This document shows positions 10,901 to 19,542 of a stretch of DNA of 64,000 bases, one piece after another. Positions within the stretch are counted from its first letter, which is position 1, and every line of letters starts with the position of its first letter. Under the pieces are notes generated by a model that worked only from the letters and a program-made list of their open reading frames with translations, was not told the DNA's origin and made no database searches. This DNA is from Ranitomeya imitator. Its lineage: Eukaryota. The stretch is from positions 802,838,001-802,902,000 of the forward strand of contig NC_091282.1 of the NCBI RefSeq assembly GCF_032444005.1. The letters run 5' to 3'. Position numbers and translations under genes: made by a program.

Positions 10901-13900
10901 CTCTCACGAGCAGGGTCGTCTTATTTTGCATTAATTATTGTATTGTTAACGTTGTTACTTATGACTTTTGTGTTTGAAACTGTTAAACTGTAAAGCGCTG
11001 CGGAATATGTTGGCGCTATATAAATAAAGATTATTATTATATATAATTTAAAGCTTTTTGGTTCTGGTATAGAAAATTGTGGTCATGCCAGGCACTGCAG
11101 CTGTAAACTTGGAACCTAAAAGTTGAGAAGACTCCTTCTAAAGTTTAATTTTCCTTTACATAAAAGAAAAAAAATACCGGATTACGTACCGGTAATGCTC
11201 TTTTATAGAGCCCACGACAGCACCCACTAGAGAGAGAGAGGGGATCCGCCCCTAGGAACAGGAAACCTACAGAGAGATAAAAGGGGCGGCCCCCCCCTCG
11301 CTCCTCAGTTGTTTTACAGAGAATAGGAGGAACCGCCGCCAGGTTTTAGTTAACAGGTTCAGGTATATCCATATATATATACATATTTACAACCTTATGC
11401 TACTTTCTTCTAATATTTACACCTCACCAAAGAAGCACCACGTGCGACTATATACAGAAAAGGGAGGGATGTGAACGGGTGCTGTCGTGGGCTCTATAAA
11501 AGAGCATTACCGGTACGTAATCCGGTATTTTCTATTCGCCACGACAGCACCCACTAGAGAGAATTTCAGAGACTATAGACTGGGTGGGTTTACTGAGTCA
11601 AGGACCGATACCCCAAAAGTCAGATCAGAAGCAGAGGATAGATCTAATCTATAATGTTTATAGAAGGTATTAGGTGAAGACCAAGTTGCAGCCTTACATA
11701 TAAGGTCTATTGGCACATTCGCCCTTTCTGCCCAGGAAGTCGACAAGGCTCTTGTAGAGTGCGCTCCCACATGCATTGGAGGATCTTTCCCTCCAGCTTT
11801 ATACGCCAGGATTATGGCCTCTCTGATCCAGCGAGATAATGTGTTCTTTGTCACTCTGGTACCTTTGGTTTTACCCTGGAAAGACACAAAGAGAGCCCTA
11901 CTCTTCCTCCAGTCCCTAGTTCTCTCTAAATAGGTCAGGACAGTCCTTTTAACATCTAGGGTATGAAGTCTTTCTTCTTCTGGAGTTGAGTGGTTCTCAT
12001 AAAAGGTAGGTAACAAGATCTCCTGGGTTCTATGAAAAGTAGTGGCTACTTTAGGAAGATAACAAGGGTCTGTTTTCAAAATTATCCTATCTGATGTTAC
12101 AGATAAAAAGGGAGGATCTATAGATAATGCCTGGAGATCACTCACTCTTCTAGCAGAAACTAATGCCACTAACAATACCGTTTTCAAAGAAATATTTTTT
12201 AGTGAGGCTGTATGGAGAGGCTCAAACGGTGGCTGTGTCAATGCTTCCAGGACTATGGATAAATCCCACTGAGGTACCTGCGGTATGCTAATTGGTCTTG
12301 AACGCTCACAGGCCGATATGAATCGGGATATCCACCTATTACCCGCAACATCATAATTAAAAAGAGCTCCTAAAGCTGAAACCTGGACCTTCAGAGTGCT
12401 TACGGAGAGTCCTAATTCCAAACCCCTTTGTAGAAATTCCAACACTGGAAATATAGGAACTTCAGATGAAAGTTGTGAAGTATGGAATTGAAGAAATTTT
12501 CTCCAAATTCTAACATAAATTCTAGTAGTTGAAGGTTTTCTACTCTTCATAAGAGTGTTAATTAACCCACTAGAAAACCCCCTTATACTTAGTAACTGCC
12601 TCTCAAACTCCAGGCAGTCAGGTTCATGCCCTTTGCCTGAGGATGGAGGAATGGTCCCTGAGAGAGCAAGTCCTTGGACTGAGGTAGAATCCACGGGTCT
12701 GACACTGACATCGCCCTCAGCCATGAGAACCATGGCCTTTTGGGCCAGAATGGGGCTATTAACAGAACTCTTGCGCCTTCCTCCCTTATTTTTCTTATTA
12801 CTATAGGTAATAGATTCCATGGGGGGAAAGCATAGGCCAGGTCGAATGTCCATGGTACTTGGAGGGCATCGAGTATGTCCGGCTTGTCCTCCCTGCATAG
12901 AGAGGCAAACCTCCTGACCTGACGGTTGGCTCTTGTGGCGAATAAGTCTATTTGAGGAACACCCCATCGAGCTGTTATTAATCTGAAAATCTTCCTGTTC
13001 AGCATCCATTCTCCCTGATGAAGAGTGTGACGGCTGAGGAAATCGGCATGAAAATTGTCTATGCCTCTGATGTGCACTGCTGACAAGGATAGCAGATGGC
13101 CTTCGGCCAAGTCCATGATGTCTGAAGCCACTTTTCTGAGTTTGTCCGACCTTGTACCTCCTTGATGGTTCAGATACGCCACCGCAGTGGTGTTGTCGGA
13201 GAATACTCTTGTGTGTGAGCCGCTGAGCTGAGGAAGAAAGTGAAGTAGGGAGTAGTATATAGCCCTCAACTCTTTGACATTTGAGGAATTATTAAGTTCT
13301 GAACTGGACCAAATACCCTGGACCCATTGATCCTGAAAATGTGCCCCCCAGCCTTCAGGACTAGCGTCTGTGGTCACTATACTAGAAGGAGTGATTACCC
13401 ATAGAACCCCTCTCGAAAGATTTTTCCGATTCAACCACCACATAAGGGAGTGTACTACTTCTGACGTTAGGAAAACTGTTTTATCCAGACATCCTCTATT
13501 TTTAATGTCCTCATCCAATACAAATTTTTGTAGATGCCTAGTATGGAACTGCGCCCACTGGACCGCAGGAATGCACGATGTTAGAGAACCTAATAGTGAC
13601 ATGACATTTCTTAATGACATACTACGCTTTCTGATCGCTAAGGACACTTTATCGAATATGGAAGTTTTCTTATCCTCAGGAAGCTTGCAAATCTGGTCAA
13701 CTGAATCTAGAAGGAGCCCAAGGAATTTCTGACACGTTACTGGCTGGAGTCTAGATTTTTCCCAATTAACCAGCCAGCCCAGGTTTTGTAACGATGACAC
13801 TACCTCCTGTAACCTCTGCTCACACTGTAGGGAGTTCTTACCTACAATCAATAGGTCATCCAAATACGGAATGACCAAGGTATCTTTTATCCGTAAAAAG

Positions 13901-16900
13901 GACATTACTTCCAGTAGCAATTTTGTAAAAACCCTTGGGGCCATAGATAAACCGAAGGGCATTGCCCGGTATTGTAGATGACGAATTTGCCCTTCTATAC
14001 AAACTGCTACTCGAAGAAATTGCTGATGTAAATGGTGTATAGGAATATGGTAATAAGCATCTTTTAGATCCAATACTACCATGTAACAGTTCGGAAATAG
14101 ATTTTTTATGGCCGAACGTATGGATTCCATTTTAAATGTTTTGGGTCTTATAAAGGAGTTCAGTTTTCTCAAGTTAATTATAGTTCTGAAAGAGCCATCC
14201 GGCTTACTAATCAGAAATAAGGGAGAGTAAAATCCCCTCCCTATCTGGGAAGATGGAACCTCTACCAGCACTTGTTTGAGTAAGAGGGATTTAACTTCGG
14301 TTTCAAGTGCCTCTTGTTGAGGCCTGGATCTTAAGGTGGTAAGGAGGAAGGAGTCCGGAGGCCTTCTAATAAAGTCTAATGTGAGGCCTGAAGATATTAA
14401 ATCAATGGCCCATGGATTAACCGTTATGTTTTTCCACTGCTTACTAAATTGTTTTAGTCTTCCTCCCACCGGTGAAATATAATCAGCGGAATTTATCTGC
14501 TGGCTTGAAGGGCCGTTTATTGAACAAATTTCCTCTTTGTTTGAAATCCTTGTTATTCCATCGGTCCCTGAAGCCTCCCTTCCTTCCGAATGGTGGCTTC
14601 TTGAACGCCCTTCTGTAAGAAGGAATAAAGGGATTAGGGAACCCCTTCTTCCTTTCACCTGCCTTAGTGAGAATTTCATCTAAGACCGTTCCAAAGAGGT
14701 ACTCACCCTGGCAGGGTATAGTACACAATTTAGCCCTGGACTGGGCATCCCCTTTCCAATTCTTTAACCATAAAGCGCGCCGTGCCGTATTAGTGAGGCT
14801 GGCTGTTCTGGCTGCTAGGCGGAGAGAGTCTATAGAGGCATCAGAAATGAAGGCTGCCGCCCCCTTAATCAAAGGAATAGAGGCACGTAGTTTGTCCCTA
14901 GATACACCACTCTTAATATTTTGGTCCAACTGCTCCAGCCAGACCAGCATAGATCTACTAGTGGACGTGGCTGAGATCGCCGGTTTAAATGCCGTGACAC
15001 AAGCTTCCCATGACCTCTTAAGCAGAGCGTCTGATTTTCTATCCATGGGGTCAGGCAAGGAGCCCGCATCCTCTACGGGTAAGGAGGATCGGCGAGAAGT
15101 TGATGCTACAGCCGCATCCACTTTAGGTATTTTTGACCAAACTGCCAAGTCCTCATCATCAAAGGGGTACCGCCTCTTACATGATACCGGTACAAAGCCC
15201 TTCTGTCCTTTAGCCCATTCTTTTTTAACAAGGTCTTTAATGGCCTGATTCACAGGGAATACTTGGCCCTTTCGCTGCGATAAACCTGCGAACATGATGT
15301 CCTGTGGTGTCTGGGGATCTTTAGACTCTGACACCCCCATTGTTCCTCTTACAGCTTTAACCAAATTATTTACATTGTCTGTAGGAAAACAGACATAATC
15401 TTCCTCCTCCGAGGAATCCAATCTCTGAGAGATGTCTGAGTCCACCTCTCCACTTTCTGCTGATGTGTCGGCTATAGGTGAAAGAGTCCTTCTACTTCTC
15501 CTTTCCATATTAACCGCCGGACTACCCCTCAAGGACTGAAGCTCTTCCCGGATCATGAGACGTATGTCATTCATCCTGACCGAACTCTCCTGCTGTAAAG
15601 TGTTATCAATGCAATGTTGACATAGCTCCTTAATATATGAGTCAGGTAGGGGCTCATTACATATCTTACACTGCTTATGTTTAGATTTTGACGTCCGCTT
15701 AGCCTATAAAAAAGACACAAGCAGAGGAGACTACTGTAAGAGATATGAAGCTATATATACACTTATCCGGAAAACAAAACATATACCGGCTGCAGAGTTG
15801 TCTGGTCGGCCTGGGGTTTGGAACGGGACGATTTTTTCCCTGATTTATCCGTGGAATCACTCATTTTTGAGTGTCCGCTGATTTTCTTATTAGCATCACC
15901 ACTAGGCAGGATTACAACCTCCAGTGGGCGCTCAATATCTTCCTGAGACGACATGGTGCGCACAGTGCCATGTGTCTCCAGCCTTATATAGAGCCGTTCT
16001 TACAAGGGATACACGCCCCCATGTTTCCTCCCCCCTTTTTTTTTTTTTTTTTTTTTTACCTGACCAACTTTATTGGTCCTCTCCACCGCTGTTGAGCGCC
16101 AAGCGTCCACGCCAGCATGCTCAGCTGACCCCGCATACCCGGAAGTTGCCTTTACATCCGGGTACGCCGACCATACAGCGCCTGCATGTGCGCTCGCGCG
16201 TCTTCCTTCTATGCTGCAGAGGAAGAGAAGCTCCTGCTACCGCGGCCGTTCATGCCCCACTGTGGCCGGAGGGTAAGCGCTTTCTATAGCGTCACTTACT
16301 TGGTGTGCTGACGGGGATTCTTTAGGCAGTGGAGCAAAAACCAACGGTCTCCCAACAGGGAGACTGTTGTAATCCCGGCATGCTGATGCATCCAGATGAG
16401 GGGGGAACCAACAGGAACCCCCGTCTCTGATGCTCGCTCTGGGGCCCCTGTCGCTCAACAGAGACGTACAGGCTGTGTTCCAGGCGAGCTTTTCCTCTTC
16501 TTAGCTGCAGAGATTCTCTCTGAGGGTTCCCTCCTTGGGAACAGGAAACCAACTGAGGAGCGAGGGGGGGGCCGCCCCTTTTATCTCTCTGTAGGTTTCC
16601 TGTTCCTAGGGGCGGATCCCCTCTCTCTCTCTAGTGGGTGCTGTCGTGGCGAATAGAAAAAATCATCTCACCTGATCTGAAATTTAATTAGTGTAAGGTA
16701 GTGGTCTAGGTCGCGTGAAATATACATTTCTTTTTCTCTTCCAACAATACAACTTTGTATACGCAGTCTGTGAGAACATGTCCCACCGTCATCCAGACAA
16801 TCCCTGCCCAGATGAAGACGCTCTGCGCTCATCCACATATCCTGAATCAGAACTGTTAACTTTTACCTTCCTGTTTTGTTTCGGATTCTTTAACAGGTGG

Positions 16901-16945
16901 GTGCTTGCTGGTTTCCTTTCCCATTTTTCCACAAGAACCGATTAG
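4907..16945 (+). CDS. CDKN3: Cyclin-dependent kinase inhibitor 3 (KAP dual-specificity phosphatase), last three coding exons; 5' exons not found in the window
   Basis: Exon 4907-4938 (32 nt, (H)[12 protein letters not shown]5R active site, AG/GT). Exon 7032-7135 (104 nt, [39 protein letters not shown]). Terminal exon from 16745 ([12 protein letters not shown]...) to TAG 16943-16945. Exon sizes and phases match my recollection of vertebrate CDKN3, and synteny with CNIH1-GMFB-CGRRF1 fits. The terminal exon has a non-canonical AA acceptor, so its use is uncertain. Confidence 0.88.
5139..6831. mobile_element. Non-autonomous piggyBac-type element interrupted by a Harbinger-type MITE
   Basis: TTAA|CCCCTTAGTGAC ... 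ATTAAGGGG|TTAA (TTAA at 5135-5138 and 6832-6835). Confidence 0.7.
5788..6522. mobile_element. Fold-back Harbinger-type MITE, same family as 108-830, nested
   Basis: TAA|AGGTACCTTCACA ... TGTGAAGGGGCCT|TAA; same internal AACCAGGGTAAACATCGGGTTACTAAGCGC hairpins; perfect 42-bp central palindrome 6187-6228. Confidence 0.8.
7470..11040 (+). mobile_element. L2/CR1-group non-LTR retrotransposon, near full length, in the last CDKN3 intron in sense orientation
   Basis: APE endonuclease plus RT coding region followed by a 3' UTR ending TGTAAAGCGCTGCGGAATATGTTGGCGCTATATAAATAAAG(ATT)n. The 5' boundary is approximate. Confidence 0.92.
7542..10748 (+). pseudogene. L2 polyprotein (leader + 2A-like motif + APE endonuclease + reverse transcriptase), broken by three frameshifts
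   Basis: APE motifs [39 protein letters not shown] motifs [47 protein letters not shown]. Frame switches near 9249, 9798 and 10146 join ORFs 7542-9335, 9181-9942, 9770-10153 and 10143-10748. Confidence 0.9.
11477..11562. repeat. DIRS internal complementary region (ICR)
   Basis: 11477-11531 is complementary to the terminus at about 11171-11225 and is joined through TTTT to 11528-11562, complementary to the terminus at about 16626-16660. This is the circle-junction arrangement known for DIRS1. Confidence 0.9.
11573..13009 (-). CDS. DIRS tyrosine recombinase (ORF3); true start probably internal to the ORF
   Basis: Catalytic set SARRVSDL (R), AHSTRA (HxxR), ATWSS (H/W) and KHYRLD (Y); overlaps the end of the pol ORF by 421 nt. 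Confidence 0.92.
   Translation of the reverse strand: MDAEQEDFQINNSSMGCSSNRLIRHKSQPSGQEVCLSMQGGQAGHTRCPPSTMDIRPGLCFPPMESITYSNKKNKGGRRKSSVNSPILAQKAMVLMAEGDVSVRPVDSTSVQGLALSGTIPPSSGKGHEPDCLEFERQLLSIRGFSSGLINTLMKSRKPSTTRIYVRIWRKFLQFHTSQLSSEVPIFPVLEFLQRGLELGLSVSTLKVQVSALGALFNYDVAGNRWISRFISACERSRPISIPQVPQWDLSIVLEALTQPPFEPLHTASLKNISLKTVLLVALVSARRVSDLQALSIDPPFLSVTSDRIILKTDPCYLPKVATTFHRTQEILLPTFYENHSTPEEERLHTLDVKRTVLTYLERTRDWRKSRALFVSFQGKTKGTRVTKNTLSRWIREAIILAYKAGGKDPPMHVGAHSTRALSTSWAERANVPIDLICKAATWSSPNTFYKHYRLDLSSASDLTFGVSVLDSVNPPSL
12589..14679 (-). CDS. DIRS pol: reverse transcriptase, RNase H and C-terminal methyltransferase-like domain
   Basis: RT: [23 protein letters not shown]. RNase H: [30 protein letters not shown]-like: IDLFATRAN ... 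YAFPPW ... [12 protein letters not shown]. 696 codons with no stop. Confidence 0.93.
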   Translation of the reverse strand: MKFSLRQVKGRRGSLIPLFLLTEGRSRSHHSEGREASGTDGITRISNKEEICSINGPSSQQINSADYISPVGGRLKQFSKQWKNITVNPWAIDLISSGLTLDFIRRPPDSFLLTTLRSRPQQEALETEVKSLLLKQVLVEVPSSQIGRGFYSPLFLISKPDGSFRTIINLRKLNSFIRPKTFKMESIRSAIKNLFPNCYMVVLDLKDAYYHIPIHHLHQQFLRVAVCIEGQIRHLQYRAMPFGLSMAPRVFTKLLLEVMSFLRIKDTLVIPYLDDLLIVGKNSLQCEQRLQEVVSSLQNLGWLVNWEKSRLQPVTCQKFLGLLLDSVDQICKLPEDKKTSIFDKVSLAIRKRSMSLRNVMSLLGSLTSCIPAVQWAQFHTRHLQKFVLDEDIKNRGCLDKTVFLTSEVVHSLMWWLNRKNLSRGVLWVITPSSIVTTDASPEGWGAHFQDQWVQGIWSSSELNNSSNVKELRAIYYSLLHFLPQLSGSHTRVFSDNTTAVAYLNHQGGTRSDKLRKVASDIMDLAEGHLLSLSAVHIRGIDNFHADFLSRHTLHQGEWMLNRKIFRLITARWGVPQIDLFATRANRQVRRFASLCREDKPDILDALQVPWTFDLAYAFPPWNLLPIVIRKIREEGARVLLIAPFWPKRPWFSWLRAMSVSDPWILPQSKDLLSQGPFLHPQAKGMNLTAWSLRGSY
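14483..15954 (-). CDS. DIRS gag-like ORF1, predicted two exons (15954-15787 and 15703-14483) with an N-terminal C4 zinc finger
   Basis: The 363-aa ORF extends 43 open codons upstream ([31 protein letters not shown]...) to a TTTTTTATAG acceptor. A phase-0 donor CCG|GTATAT at 15787/15786 joins the [10 protein letters not shown]... exon in frame. Confidence 0.75.
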
Positions 16946-16968
16946 CAAATGTATGGTTCTCTTTTTAA

Positions 16969-17164
16969 GGCCGGGATCACACATATGCGAGATACGGCCG
17001 AGTCTCACAGGTGAAATCGCAGCTCTGGCGCCGCCACTCCAGAGCGGAGCGTGCAGCTCCATGTGTTGCTGTACGGCTGCACGCTCCGCTCTGGAGTGCC
17101 GGCGCCAGAGCTTGGTTTTCACCTGCGAGGCTCGGCCATATCTCGCGTATGTGTGACCCCACCC
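16969..17164. mobile_element. Harbinger-type hairpin MITE just after the predicted CDKN3 stop
   Basis: TAA|GGCCGGGATCACACATATGCGAGATA ... TATCTCGCGTATGTGTGACCCCACCC|TAA; near-complete self-complementarity. Confidence 0.8.
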
Positions 17165-18283
17165 TAATAAGTTTGGGAAATATACACCTGCGGGTGCCGT
17201 TGTACAGCTGCTATTCACTTACTGAAACAGACGATGTGCCCTGAAGTAATCACACTCAGATGCCATTTGCTGGTACCCTCTATGGACTATGCAAATTGTC
17301 TCTTCAGAGAGGAAGAGGACTTGAACGCTAGCGCCACCTATTGGAAGTAGCAATCCTACAAGTCAATATAGACTAACGAGCCTTGTCACATGACTTGGGA
17401 TAAAAGTCCGTTTCCAGTCCTTGGATATTCAGAGGAAGAAAAGTTCTTTTGTGCAGTGCCCCATCCTGTATTCTGACGCCATACAGAGCATTGTAATGAT
17501 CTGCACCATTACTAAATAGACAAAAACACAGCATTTTAGCGATAAGAGCAATCAAATGTAAAGTTGGTGAGAATCAATTCTCAGGGTCCGACCGGAAATC
17601 CTGAGAGCCACCTCTTACCTGACCAACATCCTCGGCGCATCCTGTGATGAGCCAGCGTGAAGCACACGAGCCAGATACCGACAGATAAGAAGTACTTCAC
17701 TGGGCTCCCGTCACATGGCCGCAGCTCGCCAACATGGCCGCAGCTCGCCAACATGGCCGCTGGGCCTGGTCTTGCAAATCCATTCACACCATCTCTAAAT
17801 AATTGAAGTTTGTCCAATTCTGCGAGCCAACTGACAGCTGCACTAGGGCGATAATAAACTTGGCTTCACGAGGCCTTATTCATACAAGCATATTTTAACA
17901 AGTACCTATTCATTTGTGGGCATTTGCTCCCAAAATGACAAATCTAAATCAAAGCCAGATACGTATACAGAGAACCTAGAAAAGATAAGACGCTCATAGA
18001 AAAGAGGCCTGATCTCCTACATTCATACACCCCCTTACTAATGAACTAATATCGTATGATATTGGATCTCTAGTCCGAATCGAAATATGGAACAATATAG
18101 CACAGCACTTCTCTCTCACTGGGATCAGCCCCTGTTGGAATTGTTGATCCGCTCAGAATACTCTCTTATCAGCTTGTATCACACACTAAGCTCTTCCTAG
18201 GATTATGCAATCCTTCACCTGCAAAAAACGTGCAAACACAGTAGGTAAAGTTGTTGAACAAGGTCAATGTCCAGGTCTCTCTT

Positions 18284-18289
18284 TTTATT
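18284..18289 (-). terminator. Candidate CNIH1 polyadenylation signal
   Basis: AATAAA on the minus strand about 1.25 kb past the CNIH1 stop, in AT-rich UTR-like sequence. Confidence 0.4.
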
Positions 18290-19542
18290 GGTATATTATA
18301 TTGCATTTGTTGTATTTCTCAGTACTAGAAAAAAAAAGGCATTTTGGGATGTTGTGACATGGAAACGTGAGGCATGCATCTAAAAAGATATACAACTTAA
18401 AAAGATGGCTAATTAAATTAGCTATACAAATCAGAACGCATCACAGCAGCCACAAAATAAGAGTTGTTTAGGAAGGGGTAGGGAACGTTTTAAAAAAACA
18501 AAAAAAAATATATGCTTGGTAGAAAGTGAGCATAGGTTAGTTATGTACAAATAGTGACGGGATAGAAATCACTTGTAAAAAGGATGCATCCTGAAGACAA
18601 AGAGGCTGGTGGAAGCTGCAGATAGTCATGAAGAGCCCCCCATGTAATACAAGCACAGACTGGGTCCGCCAACACCACAGACAGAGGGGCCGCCGCTGTG
18701 TCCTAATCCGGACTACGGAAGCGTGGGTTTGGTTTTCTTCATGAGATAATCCCTCTGAGATGCAATAAATGGAGACCTGGCTCGCTATCAGTAGCTAATA
18801 ATCCATTTACATGTACCAACCTGCGATCTTCTATAACAATCGTTTGCTGAGCTTCAGATGACAGATACGGGTCTTGAAAAGCTCTGTTTGCAGCGTGCTC
18901 CAAAACTCTTTAGGTTGGAAAAAAGTATTGTTTTTTTTTCCCACAGGGGATTAATCGATCCCAAAGCAGGGTAATTACTGCCGATGTCAAATTAAGACTA
19001 TCACACGACCATTAATAACGTGTTGCCCCCTTTAGTGGCAAAGGCTAACAGAAAAAGCTCCGAGCTTACCAGCACCCGTGAATAGTAAAAGTCCATAAAC
19101 CCATATACAGTCGGGAGTGTTTCTAAACCAAACTTTAAAAAAAAATTTTTTTTGCAAAAGGCGAACAATTTTAACTGAAGAATTACATTAAGCCAATTCA
19201 ATCATTAACATCAGTGCAAGACCTTTCACACAAGCAAAAATATCAGAAAAGGCTTAAAAAAAAAAATACAGCAACAGCTTAAAAGGAAGCGGAGGAAAGA
19301 ATGATGAATATACACAATTTCTCAGTCCTTGTAAAACGAAGAATCTTCCCTCTCCAGCACAAAATGTGACTGGCTGTTAAGAAAAAAAAAAAAAAGTTGG
19401 GAAGCCATGTTTGTCCCTCAAGTATATACGCAGTGTAGGGTACGCACTGGCCGCTGCGGTAGGATCTGGTCGGATCAAATGCCTATAGTGTTTACAGCTT
19501 TGCATGCAATTATATTCAACCAGCTTCTTGTTCAGGCTTTTC

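Larger units (their letters stand above)
11171..16660 (-). mobile_element. DIRS1-type tyrosine-recombinase retrotransposon, structurally complete
   Basis: Inverted terminal repeats (11212-11311 is the exact reverse complement of 16550-16649, 100/100 by eye), an internal complementary region, three overlapping open ORFs, A/T-run junctions and no target duplication. Confidence 0.95.

Noticed and set aside
13370-15248. Plus-strand ORFs of 120 and 193 aa opposite the DIRS gag/pol
   Set aside because: No recognisable motifs; typical antisense shadow ORFs
17853-18289. Possible overlap of the convergent CDKN3 and CNIH1 3' UTRs
   Set aside because: Candidate AATAAA signals (plus 17853-17858, minus 18284-18289) imply ends about 400 bp apart; overlap cannot be supported without transcripts
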